DNA from: Eledone cirrhosa
Lineage: Eukaryota
Reading direction: 5' to 3'
Assembly: GCA_964016885.1 (NCBI GenBank)
Contig: OZ024740.1
Location: forward strand, 437,534,001-437,598,000
DNA: 64,000 nucleotides
The notes beneath the pieces were generated by a model. It had not been told where the DNA came from. It did not search any database and was given only the letters and a program-made list of their open reading frames with translations. Positions 39,267-51,980 of the stretch are shown piece after piece (within the stretch, counting starts at the first letter, position 1; each line of letters begins with the position of its first letter). Position numbers and translations under genes: made by a program.

Positions 39267-42001
39267 TCGTTAAAAAAAGTTAAACAAGATAAAAAATATT
39301 TTGGAGTGAAATTACTGAATGTTTGTTGTAGGATTAATGTTAAGTTTAGATTAGTTTTTGGTAGGTCGTCATTTTGTGAGAGATATTGTTTTAAGTTGAC
39401 AGGATTGTCACAGTGTTTATAATAGAGTCTCAGTTATGGACAGGATTGACAATGTGGTATGTAAAGGGTGTGTTTAAGAGAAATGGAGCCAGATCATAGG
39501 AGCAGAAGCCATTGTAATAAGAATAGAAAAGTCAGAGAAAAGAGTCACTTGATGTTGAGTTGGGAATTAGAATCGATTTCAACTTATATGTTTGCTTATT
39601 TAGTAGATTATTATTTTATATTCCTCCGCAAGATTTCATAGTTACTATATTTTTTCATTTCTTTTCATTTTCTGATACTGTTAAAAAATAAGCATCCTTA
39701 TCATTTATATAATTTATCCCGCTCAATTTCCATTGGACTTTATATCACTGTTGCTTTGAAGCTCAAACTTAAAATAAGTTTCACCAAGCATATAATTTCT
39801 TAACACATTTTTACCCAACATATTTAAAATCACAGGCCTAACTTAATCAACTTGCTTTCTAAGCTTTTATTCTGTTTCTTTCTTAATTTTCTGTCCAATG
39901 TCTTCAGAGGAATTCTCTCTCTCTCTCCCTCTCTCTCTCTCTCTCTCAAATGATATAAGCAATATTAAACATGTTGCCTGCTACCAAGTTATTTAATTGG
40001 AAAGAATTGTAGGAAGAAAAGCAGGAGATAAATACGAAAGAAAAAAAAAAAGCAACTGTGAATATCGTTTGTTTTATCTTCAGTGAATGCACGTTAACAG
40101 TGTTATGGGTGTTCACTTACCATGAATATAAAAATGCTATGGGACCAAATTAGAGATTGTAAAAGTCAAGTAGAGTGAACTATGAATATCAATGTAGCTA
40201 TAAACATGGGTTGGTCTGATTAAGATGGGTCCACATATGTCCCTTGCTCCTTTTTAATGACAACTGGGAGCCCCTGCTTACGAATATTGTAATGCTAACT
40301 AATAGATAGTATGGACTGGAACATAAATGCAAAGCAAACCATTTCTTTAGTCTTTGTGCTAGTAATGCCTGCCTGGTGTACATTAAAAGTTGATATAAAT
40401 GACTGTACACTGGAGACCAGCTCTAAGTTGGTTAGCTTTCACTTTTTATTCATAGAAATGTGCAAATATATTGCAACAAAATATGTGAAAGAAGTTGAAA
40501 ATGGAGAAGACAAAAAAAAAAAGAAAAGAGTTGTATTGGTTTGGCCGAAACCAATGTGACATATCTATACTGCTGCTACGGAATTCATTTGGCCTCTATC
40601 ATAATCCTCTGCATAACCAAGTCATGTATGTTATATTTTTCCTTAGATAGCAATTTGTTTCTGCAAAACGAAAATATATAAATAAAAAGAGGAAAAGAAA
40701 TAGAAATAGCCAGTCCAATGATTATATGTGTATCAGAACTTTTAACACACAACTTTGATAATGGCTGATTGTATAAAGCACTTTCTCCTGACCTATGCAG
40801 TTCTCAGGAGATTTGTTCAGCATTTTTGGCACGTCAAATCTACCCTCTATAGGAAGTAAGGAAATTGTTTCAGGCTCCAAGCTTCTCTAAAAATTGCCCA
40901 GTGACTTATAAATCCATTCTCAATCATGGCTACCTGAGCTGCAGTACATTAGGTCTTGCCTAATGAAGTCAGGAATATCTATCTATTCCTGCTACAACAC
41001 TTTCTCAGTAATCTCTTGGGAGGAATCAACTGATTTCAGCCATTCTTGTCACAAATATTTTCTTTCTGTGTTCACCTCAAAAAGCTTCTTAATTAAAACT
41101 GGATATGATAGACTAATCTCTCTAGGGAGCTAGTTAGTTACAATGGCCTTTACCTGACTACAGAAACAGCAGCTTTCTCTATTGCCATGGCAACAGTATT
41201 ACTCCCCCAGAGTTCTCTCCCTATGGTGTCTCTTCAAACATAGAGAAAATAAAATTCTAAAATGGCTTCCTCCAGGGAAGCAGAGCTAGTTGAAAGCAAT
41301 GGAAATTGCACCAACTCTCCTAACTTGACCCAGAGTAGCAGCATGTATAATAAGCTCAAGGGTCACTTGTAAAATATGGAATTGGCTTCACTTTTCTGTT
41401 TGTCAGCATCAAAATGCAGCTGCAATTGCATGCAATGGGAATGACTGGGCAGTATGTTACCATCTCTACACATTCTAGTTGGCTTCAGCCTATTTCCTTT
41501 ATATTTCATATCTTCAAGGTTTTCTACAGTGAATCCCTGAGTGGTCCTGCATACATAAACTGATTACCACACATTTAAGGTTCTTTACACACACATACAA
41601 GTAAACACATGCAAAAAGCTAGTCTTCCAGGCAGACACACATACACACGGTTTCACTCTCCAACTACAATAAACTTATTACAACAGTCTCTCATAGCTAG
41701 CTTTTCAAATATTTTCTTTGCATTCTCCTCTTTCCTGTTTTAATCTCTCTCTCTATTACCATCATTCTCTCTTTCTAATACCATCTCTCTCCCTCTCTCT
41801 TTCTAATACCATCTCTCTCCCTCTCTCTTTCTCACACACCATCCCTCCCTCTCTTTCTCACCATCCCTCCACCTCCCTCTCACCCCTCTCTCTCTCACCA
41901 TCCCACCTACTCTCACTCTCTCACCATCTCTCTCACCACTATCAGTCAACTACAGAGACAACACTAATACACTTATATATTCAGCTAAATAAATCTATAT
42001 A

Positions 42002-42204
42002 ACACCACCACCACCACTACTCCTACCACCACCACCACCACCACTACTACAACCACCACCACCACTACTACTACTACTACCACACCCACCACCACCACCA
42101 CCACTACTACTACTACTACCACACCCACCACCACTACTACCACCACCACTACTCCTACCACCACCACCACTACTACTACCACCAACACCACCACTACTAC
42201 CACC

Positions 42205-42239
<35 letters not shown>

Positions 42240-42312
42240 CACCACCACCACTACTACCACCACCACTACTACGACTACCAACACCACCACCACCACTACT
42301 ACCACCACCACC

Positions 42313-42345
<33 letters not shown>

Positions 42346-42382
42346 TACTACCACCACTACTACTACTACCAACACCACCACC

Positions 42383-42414
<32 letters not shown>

Positions 42415-44030
42415 CAACACTACTACTACCAACACCACCACCACTACTACTACCAACACCACTACCACTACTACCAACACCACCACCACTATTACTACTA
42501 CAAACACCACCACCACTACTACTACCAACACCACCACCACCACCACTACTACCAACACCACCACTACTACTACCAACACCACCACTACTACTACCAACAC
42601 CATCCACTACTATTACCAACACCACTACTACTACTACTACCAACACCACCACTACTACCAACACCACCACTACTACTACCAACACCACCACTACTACTAT
42701 CAACACCACCACCACTACTACTACCAACACCACCACCACCACCACTACTACCAACACCACCACTACTACCAACACCACCACTACTACTACCAACACCACC
42801 ACCACTACTACCAACACCACCACCACTACTACCAACACCACCACCACTACTACTACCAGCACCACCACCACTACTACCAACACCACCACCACCACTACTA
42901 CCAACACCACCACCACTACTACTACCAACACCACCACTACTACTACCAACACCACCACCACTACTACTACCAACACCACCACCACTACTACTACCAGCAC
43001 CACCACCACCACCACTACTACCAACACCACCACCACTACTACTACCAACACCACCACTACTACTACCAACACCACCACCACTACTACTACCAACACCACT
43101 ACCACTACTACCAACACCACCACCACTATTACTACTACAAACACCACCACCACTACTACTACCAACACCACCACCACCACTACCAACACCACCACTACTA
43201 CTACCAACACCACCACTACTACTACCAACACCATCCACTACTATTACCAACACCACTACTACTACTACTACCAACACCACCACTACTACCAACACCACCA
43301 CTACTACTACCAACACCACCACTACTACTATCAACACCACCACCACTACTACTACCAACACCACACCACCACCACTACTACCACACCACCACTACTACCA
43401 ACACCACCACTACTACTACCAACACCATCCACTACTATTACCAACACCACTACTACTACTACTACCAACACCACCACTACTACCAACACCACCACTACTA
43501 CTACCAACACCACCACTACTACTATCAACACCACCACCACTACTACTACCAACACCACCACCACCACCACTACTACCAACACCACCACTACTACCAACAC
43601 CACCACTACTACTACCAACACCACCACCACTACTACCAACACCACCACCACTACTACCAACACCACCACCACTACTACTACCAGCACCACCACCACTACT
43701 ACCAACACCACCACCACCACTACTACCAACACCACCACCACTACTACTACCAACACCACACTACTACTACCAACACCACCACCACTACTACTACCAACAC
43801 CACCACCACTACTACTACCAGCACCACCACCACCACCACTACTACCAACACCACCACCACTACTACTACCAACACCACCACTACTACTACCAACACCACC
43901 ACCACTACTACTACCAACACCACCACCACTACTACTACCAACACCACCACCACTACTACTACCAACACCACCACCACTACTACTACCACCACCACTTCTA
44001 CTACTACCACCACCAACCACCACCACTATT
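42002..44030. repeat. ~2-kb compound (ACC/ACT/ACA)n array with block duplications
   Basis: Diagnostic interruption accatccactactatt recurs near 42599, 43230 and 43424. Confidence 0.95.
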
Positions 44031-44079
44031 ATTACTGCTATAGTTAAATATTTTTTCTAATAAATTAATATATTACTAT

Positions 44080-44412
44080 GGAGGCACGTGGCTTAGTGGT
44101 TTGGGCTTGCAATCGAAAGGTTGTGGTTCATTCTCAGACCGGTTGATGTGGTTGTTTCCTTGAGCAAGACACTTTATTTCACATTGCTCTAGTTTACTCG
44201 GCTGTAGAAATGAGATGATAGGGACTGGGGTCCCTATCATTCCACTGCAAGGTGGTCGTGGAGATGCCATGGCAAAAAAGCACCCAGCACTCACTGTAAA
44301 TGAGGTTGGTGTTAGGAAGGGCATCCAGCTGTAGAAATCAAGCCAGAATCAGTTCCCGTCCCACCCTTGCAAGCAGGGAAAAGTGGACGTAAAATGATGA
44401 TGATGATGATGA
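44080..44412 (+). mobile_element. CORE-SINE family A
   Basis: Full consensus. Confidence 0.9.
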
Positions 44413-44579
44413 TTTAATGTTTTTCACTCAATTTTCAGTTTTTTTTTTTTGTTTTAGTTCGGTCTACCCCAACTATTATTATATTCTCTGTACCTCCCCA
44501 TTTCACTATTAATATATCTCTTCTTTATATATGTGTGTGTGTTTGTGTATATATTTATATATATGTGTGTGTGTGTGTA

Positions 44580-44752
44580 TAACGAAGAAGGTGTAGTAAC
44601 CAGGTGGACCATAACATACCAGAGTACTCAATAGTTAGGGTAGTAGAGTGGGTAATAGGAACAGAGTCAGGACCCCGACTGCTGAGCTCCGGCATTTTCG
44701 ACAGCTGTCGAAAGAGCCGTAGCTCAGCCATCGGGTTCCTGACTCTTTTCCT
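44580..44752. mobile_element. half-hammerhead repeat family with terminal fold-back
   Basis: Homologous to 49689-49882; diverged inverted arms centred on ttttcgacag|ctgtcgaaag. Confidence 0.65.
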
Positions 44753-45259
44753 ATATATATACATTTATTCCTATTTGCAAGGTTTTTGATATGAAATCTG
44801 CGTGTTGAAGACAAATATTGTTTATATTTTGGGAGGGTCATATTGTTATAATATTGCCAGAAATAATAAAACACACTCACTGTTTGGTTTGGATTGGTTT
44901 TTCGCTTTCTATACATTTTATATCCCTATAGTTAATTTAGCTGGCAATCAATGTTTAACATTGATTGACCTACGGTTAAAAATATAGATATAAATATATA
45001 TATATATAGTCTATCAAAGTTTCTTTCATCACACACCTGTGACATCATTAATTGTACTATTATATTTCCCCCTGTTGTATTGTGATGTCCTATCGACATT
45101 ATAGGGAATAGACATATTCCTGTCTCTGAGATGGTGTGACATAACAACATGCTGCTTTGTTCGTCTATGGGCAAAAACATAAAAACACCTTTTTTTTCTG
45201 TTTGCTTGTTTCCTTATAGTTTACCCTCATTCCGTTGGTATACGCCTATTAATCAATTT

Positions 45260-45317
45260 GCACCTGAAGATGTCACCACGTTCTTACCCAACCTGGCCAT
45301 TGAAATGTGCTTAGTGT
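45260..45317 (+). ncRNA. degenerate minimal hammerhead
   Basis: gcac-CTGAAGA-...-GAAA-tgtgct-TA-gtgt; stems II and III eroded. Confidence 0.45.
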
Positions 45318-45523
45318 TTGCAGAAATAAATAATTAGGGAAATTCAACATATTTGGCTCCTTTAATTTCACTTTATAATACATTTACTCCGTTCCGCACC
45401 ACCACCATAATACAACATTGAAGATGGATGAGTTGCATAACGTTGAGTGCTTTTCTCATGTTACATCATGATTAACATTGTAGAATAACCAGTTCTACCC
45501 AGTGTAAACCACCAAATTTAAAC

Positions 45524-45569
<46 letters not shown>

Positions 45570-45582
45570 TTATATGTATATA

Positions 45583-45683
<101 letters not shown>

Positions 45684-45684
45684 C

Positions 45685-45738
<54 letters not shown>

Positions 45739-45869
45739 ATATTATATTCTCTCTATCCAACTCTCTATTTCACTATTAATATATCTCTTTTTCCTCCTCC
45801 AGTTTTAGAGATTACAATATCCACCTTCATCTCTACCTCTCTAGTTATGTATTATTTGTATGACTCCAT

Positions 45870-46689
45870 ATAAAGTTCAGCATGGAACACCCCAATGACC
45901 GCTGGATCCCTATCCCTACTGGACCCTCCAACTCAGGGTAACAGAGGGAGACAACATCCACACCTACTTCTATAAAAAAAGCCGCCAGCAGGGACCTGTT
46001 CGTACATTTCAGATCGGCCCTCCCAGCCGGCACTAAGTTCGGATACATAAGGAACGAACTAACACGTATCCGGAACAAATGCACCGGCGTTAGAGACCGA
46101 GACACACACACACCACACATTTCCGAGAAGTACTCAAACTGAATGGATACCCGTCACCCACCACGAACCGTGCCAGAAAGAACAGAGGACACCACACCCG
46201 AGGCACTAACACCTGCTTCCTGAAGCTCCCACACTTCAGTGACAAAACAACAACAGCCATCCGCAGAGCTATCAGACGAGAGGGACTAGATATCCAACTA
46301 GCCCACTCAGGACCTTCTCTACGCGGACAGCTAACCAAAAGACACTCCACCAGACATGACAGCCGCTGCAGGCTAGCCAACTGCCCCATCAACGACACAG
46401 GCCTATGCCACAAGGCTTACCTCGTATACAGATTAGAGTGCGACAAATGCAGCAACTTCTACGTAGGTAGCATCACCAGACCACTTCACATAAGAATAAA
46501 AGAACACCTCAATACTAACGCTTCCTCATTTAAGAAACACCTAGTGAAATGCAAAAACATAACAGTTAGGATAGAAACTAAGGAAAGAAACTTCGGCAAT
46601 CTTAGAATTAAGGAAGCACTGATTATAGACAAAACACAACCACCACAATCAATAATAGACTAGAACTCAACACCCAATTTATAACTTGA
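45870..46689 (+). mobile_element. Penelope-like element: RT thumb plus GIY-YIG endonuclease, frameshifted (absent from ORF track)
   Basis: Manual translation IKFSMEHP...FVHFRSALP...FREVLKLNGYP...LKLPHFS...LVYRLECDKCSNFYVGSITRPLHIRIKEHL...LRIKEALII; 3' non-coding region to ~47150 contains a degenerate HHR-like ccgaaga..gagat-att-atctc-GAAA (~47061-47085). Confidence 0.9.
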
Positions 46690-47167
46690 TAGAGCACCTA
46701 GCCCCACACTTACACCCCCCTCTCACGCACATGCACACACGCACACACACCTCCACTTATTCTCTCACACACACACACATACACACACAAAGAGCAGTTT
46801 TAACATGATAGAGCATCTAGCCCCCACATTTACGTATAGACATATCTTCTCACACTCACACACACACGCATACTTATGCCTTCACATTCTCCCACACACT
46901 TAAACATACATGTAGAAAATCCCTTTTAAAGGGAGACTACTCTTTATCCACCTAACCTTCACTCTTTGACATTAGAGATAGAATGGAATCTCTATACCAT
47001 TTCCTGTCAGCATGACTTAGCAAGCTATTTAGAACGCTGGATTAACCATTTTACTTCCCTCCGAAGAAGAGATATTATCTCGAAAATTAATGACATTTAA
47101 ATAAATTTAAGGTAAAAGACTAATTGTCAACAATATCTTTTGCATTTGCATTTATATTCTATATCGT

Positions 47168-47497
47168 GGAGGCACATGGCTTAGTGGTTAGAGCATTGGC
47201 CTTGCAATCAAAAGGTTGTGAGTTCAATTCTCAGACCGGGTGATGTGTTGTTTCCTTGAGCAAGACACTTTATTTCACATTGCTCCAGTTTACTGAGCTG
47301 TAGAAATGAGATGATAGGGACTGGGATCCCTATCATTCCACTGCAAAGTGGTCATGGAGGCGCCATGGCAAAAAAGCACCCAGCACTCCCTGTAAATGAG
47401 GTTGGTGTTAGGAAGGGCATCCAGCTGTAGAAATCAAGCCAGAATCAGTTCCCGTCCCACCCTTGCAAGCAGGGAAAAGTGGACGTAAAATGAAATG
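47168..47497 (+). mobile_element. CORE-SINE family A
   Basis: Full consensus. Confidence 0.9.
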
Positions 47498-47651
47498 AAT
47501 CCATACCTGCATTGTTTTGGCCTTACAACTACAAACTTTTATATATATATATATATACTACCCAAGCCCTAACCTTGTGCAACTCATGCTAGCAGGGAAA
47601 GCAGACCTTAACAAGACAATATATGGGTGTGTGTGTGTGTATATATATATG

Positions 47652-49656
47652 TCATCATCATCATCATCATCATCGTTTAACGTCCATCTTCCACGCTTGC
47701 ATGGGTTTGGACGGGAGTTTTCCCACTTGAGGCAAGAGTGGTTGTCCTGCTCGTATAGAAGTGTCTGGCGGGTTTTCTACGGCTGGATGTCCTTCCCAAC
47801 ACCAACCACGTTTACAGTGTGGACTGGGAGGTTTTTACCGTGTTACCTACACGGCCACATTACAGTGTGGACTGTGTTTGTTTTTTTTGTCGTGACACCT
47901 ACACGACTTCATTTGTTTCGGACTGGATGTTGTGGTACCAACATAACTTCACATTTAAGGGGGTGATGTGGATGGGGTGGGGGTAGTGGAACGGGGGTGT
48001 AGATCAATTCGTTCTCTGATTAGTTGCGCTATTACTTTTTATGTGACCTTCATGACCTGGTCGATTAATTTAATGCCTCTATAGTTACCCCTATCTAGGG
48101 CATCTCCTTTTCTCTTGTAGCATGATGATGCTGCTACGCCAGTCCTTCGGAACGGCCCCATTCTGTATGACCTGGTTTACTATCCGGGTGACCATAGTGT
48201 GTCCCACCGTTCCAGATGCTTTCAGCATTTCAGCAACTATTTCCGAAGGCCCAGCCGCCTTACCCGTCCCTCTTCATATCTTTGATTGCCTTACTTATTA
48301 TACTACCTTCAACTAGCACTGCTGGTCCCTCTATTGGATCAATGTGGGGGAGACTGTCTTTCTCCCATTTATTCTCCTCATTTAGTAGCCTTTCGTAGTG
48401 ACACTTCCAAGCTACCTTCTTATCAGCGTCAGTGATGGCAAGTACACCATCATCATTAAGGACACACTTCTCCCCGACAATATCATGGTTTTCCTTGACA
48501 CATTGCCTAGCAATCCTGAACACCTCACGTTTTTGCTCCTCGCATTGTAGAACATGCTTGAACTTTCTTTCCTCTGCTTCCCTTCTTGCGAAGTACACTT
48601 GTCTCCTAGCTTCCCTCCTGGCCACTTGATAGTCTTCTCTACTTCCCCCATCCCGCCATACTTTCCAAGCCTGCTTTTTGGCCTTAATTGACTCCTCCAC
48701 CTTACTGTTCCACCACCACGTTACTCTCCTCCTGCCTATAGGCCTGCTCCAGCCACAGACTTCATCTCCCGTCTTCAGCAGGTTAACTTTCAGGAATTCC
48801 CACTGTTCCTCTATAGTGTATGACTCTAATTGCTCTTCCTTACTGTCGAAAGCATCAAGCAATATGCTTTTAAATTTATTACTGGCTGTGGGGTCCTTTA
48901 GCTTCCATATTTTTCTCCTGAGGATAGTCCTCTTCTGTTGTCGAATACGTCTTGTCCTGACTATGAGGTCGCTTACTATGAGTCTATGTTGGGAGGTGCA
49001 TTCTTCTTGGGGGAGGGATTTAGTGTTTACAACAGACACTCTATCACGTCTTCTGGTAAGGATATAATCTCTCTGACTGTCGTGTTCCCCTGATCTATAG
49101 GTGATCAAGTGATTGTCTCGTTTTTTGAAGTTAGTGTTACAGATAGTTAGGTTATTTGCGTCACAGAATTCCAGGATTCTGAAGCCTTCCTCATTTTTAA
49201 TACCAAACCCATAGCCTCCATGGATTCCATCATAGCCATCACAATGTTGTCCAACGTGACCATTTAGGTCACCAGCAATAATTATGTAGTCACTGTCAGT
49301 TATTTGGGAGGTAGTGAGCATCAATGTCTCATAGAATCTGTCTTTTATAGCACCAGGCAGTCCAGATTGGGGTGCATACGCAGATATTACTGTCACAGTA
49401 GTTCTATTTAGGACAAGTCTTATTTTAATTATTCTGTTGTTCACTCTATTTACGTCTATTATCTTATCTACCCATTTTTCTGCTAACATGATTCCTACCC
49501 CACCCAGCCCATTGTCATTTCCCACCCAGAAAAGCTTATAGCATCGTTTATTACCCACAATGAATCTAGCAAACCCACCCCTCCACCTGGTCTCTTGGAT
49601 ACAGCAAACATCAACCTCCTTACGTTCAAGCACTTCTACAACCTCGTTAGAGCGAC

Positions 49657-49657
<1 letters not shown>
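47652..49657 (-). mobile_element. RTE LINE: APE endonuclease domain joined to a family-3 3' UTR (RT deleted)
   Basis: VDVCCIQETRW, ISAYAP, IIAGDLNGHVG, SQHRL, NYRGIKL...QLIRERID, then an abrupt join to the 3' UTR at ~48000. Confidence 0.9.
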
Positions 49658-49688
<31 letters not shown>

Positions 49689-49690
<2 letters not shown>

Positions 49691-49878
49691 CGAAGGAAAT
49701 GTGGTAAGGAACCAGGTGGACCATAACGCACCAAAGTACTCAATACTTGAGGTAGTAGAGTGGGTAATAGGAACCAGTAAGACCCCGACAGCTGAGCTCA
49801 ACCCGTTTCGACGGCTAATTCTGGACAAAAATTAGCCGTCGAAACGGCTTGAGCTCAGCTGTCGGGGTCTTACTGGTT

Positions 49879-49882
<4 letters not shown>
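49689..49882. mobile_element. half-hammerhead repeat family with ~52-bp terminal fold-back
   Basis: ataggaaccagtaagaccccgacagctgagctcaa..gtttcgacggctaatt-ctggacaaa-aattagccgtcgaaac..ttgagctcagctgtcggggtcttactggttcctat. Confidence 0.75.
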
Positions 49883-49915
<33 letters not shown>

Positions 49916-49984
49916 TATGAAGAGAGAAGAAACATTTAGATATAATTAGTAATAAAATGTATCATACCTAAACTGTTCCTAAAT

Positions 49985-50072
49985 TCCTCGACTACGTAGT
50001 TTCGTGGCATAAACAAAAACAGTATATCAAAGATATAGAGTCCTTGCGAGGTCTGCCGACTTATCAAGAGGA
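49985..50072 (-). ncRNA. type I hammerhead ribozyme, U3-A8 core variant (unit 1)
   Basis: tcctc-TTGATAA-gtcggca..tgccac-GAAA-ctacgtag-TC-gagga; GUC cleavage predicted between 49990 and 49989. Confidence 0.8.
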
Positions 50073-50575
50073 TACCTCATTTTACTAGTCTCAAGAACGC
50101 GTCTACACGACGTGAGAAAGAATCCCAAAAGGCGGAGGGGGAGATAGTCACGCGATATAACGGTCGAGAAACAGAGCTAAGCCTCTTATAACCACGAAGA
50201 AAATACCACGGAGGCGGAGGGGGTATTCATATCGAGGCCGTAGAAGAGGTAGTGAAGAAGGCGAGAAGTATGAGTAATGGAAGCTTTCCAGTTGTCCCCA
50301 CACTTCAAAGATTGCTCGACCAGAGGGAGTTATTAATATATTTAGAAACACACAGATACATGCGGACACACACATATATACATGAATGCATCCGCACCCA
50401 ACTGTGAGTTAAGGGTGCCAACTTCACCGATGTTGCTCAATGAATGACCGGGACAGACCAATTCAGTTTGAACCAGACTGAACCAGTATCAGAGTTAAAA
50501 ATACATTATGAAGAGAGAAGAAACATTTAGATATAATTAGTAATAAAATGTATCATACCTAAACTGTTCCTAAAT

Positions 50576-50663
50576 TCCTCGACTACGTAGTTTCGTGGCA
50601 TAAACAAAAACAGTATATCAAAGATATAGAGTCCTTGCGAGGTCTGCCGACTTATCAAGAGGA
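50576..50663 (-). ncRNA. type I hammerhead ribozyme, U3-A8 variant (unit 2)
   Basis: Identical to unit 1. Confidence 0.8.
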
Positions 50664-51166
50664 TACCTCATTTTACTAGTCTCAAGAACGCGTCTACACG
50701 ACGTGAGAAAGAATCCCAAAAGGCGGAGGGGGAGATAGTCACGCGATATAACGGTCGAGAAACAGAGCTAAGCCTCTTATAACCACGAAGAAAATACCAC
50801 GGAGGCGGAGGGGGTATTCATATCGAGGCCGTAGAAGAGGTAGTGAAGAAGGCGAGAAGTATGAGTAATGGAAGCTTTCCAGTTGTCCCCACACTTCAAA
50901 GATTGCTCGACCAGAGGGAGTTATTAATATATTTAGAAACACACAGATACATGCGGACACACACATATATACATGAATGCATCCGCACCCAACTGTGAGT
51001 TAAGGGTGCCAACTTCACCGATGTTGCTCAATGAATGACCGGGACAGACCAATTCAGTTTGAACCAGACTGAACCAGTATCAGAGTTAAAAATACATTAT
51101 GAAGAGAGAAGAAACATTTAGATATAATTAGTAATAAAATGTATCATACCTAAACTGTTCCTAAAT

Positions 51167-51254
51167 TCCTCGACTACGTAGTTTCGTGGCATAAACAAAA
51201 ACAGTATATCAAAGATATAGAGTCCTTGCGAGGTCTGCCGACTTATCAAGAGGA
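51167..51254 (-). ncRNA. type I hammerhead ribozyme, U3-A8 variant (unit 3)
   Basis: Identical to unit 1. Confidence 0.8.
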
Positions 51255-51597
51255 TACCTCATTTTACTAGTCTCAAGAACGCGTCTACACGACGTGAGAA
51301 AGAATCCCAAAAGGCGGAGGGGGAGATAGTCACGCGATATAACGGTCGAGAAACAGAGCTAAGCCTCTTATAACCACGAAGAAAATACCACGGAGGCGGA
51401 GGGGGTATTCATATCGAGGCCGTAGAAGAGGTAGTGAAGAAGGCGAGAAGTATGAGTAATGGAAGCTTTCCAGTTGTCCCCACACTTCAAAGATTGCTCG
51501 ACCAGATTGAGCAACATCGGTGAAGTTGGCACCCTTAACTCACAGTTGGGTGCGGATGCATTTATGTATATATGTGTGTGTCCGCATGTATCTGTGT

Positions 51598-51635
<38 letters not shown>

Positions 51636-51892
51636 CTCCCTCTGGTCGAGCAATCTTTGAAGTGTGGGGACAACTGGAAAGCTTCCATTACTCATACTTC
51701 TCGCCTTCTTCACTACCTCTTCTGCGGCCTCGATGTGAATACCCCCTCCGCCTCCGTGGTATTTTCTTCGTGGTTATAAGAGGCTTAGCTCTGTTTCTCG
51801 ACCGTTATATCGCGTGACTGTCTCCCCCTCCGCCTTTTGGGATTCTTTCTCGCGTCGTGTAGACGCGTTCTTGAGACTAGTAAAATGAGGTA

Positions 51893-51980
51893 TCCTCTTG
51901 ATAAGTCGGCAGACCTCGCAAGGACTCTATATCTTTGATATATTGTTTTTGTTTATGCCACGAAACTACGTAGTCGAGGA
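51893..51980 (+). ncRNA. type I hammerhead ribozyme, U3-A8 variant (inverted unit)
   Basis: tcctc-TTGATAA-gtcggca..tgccac-GAAA-ctacgtag-TC-gagga read directly on +. Confidence 0.8.

Noticed and set aside
39870-39912. Minus-strand CTGAAGA...GAAA as a hammerhead
   Set aside because: No stems I, II or III can be formed
41985-44026. Long Val/Gly/Ser-rich ORFs (also His/Pro/Tyr-Ile ORFs elsewhere)
   Set aside because: They are translations of tri- and dinucleotide microsatellites, with frame-breaking indels and no splice or codon evidence
50148-50375. Repeated 75-aa ORF in the 591-bp unit
   Set aside because: It starts in a (TG/TA) microsatellite and has no recognisable motif; identity between copies reflects recent duplication
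51520-51556. gaagttggcaccc...gggtgc hairpin resembling the 3' end of a Cas9 sgRNA scaffold
   Set aside because: Short chance similarity; the rest of the scaffold is absent and it is part of the 591-bp unit
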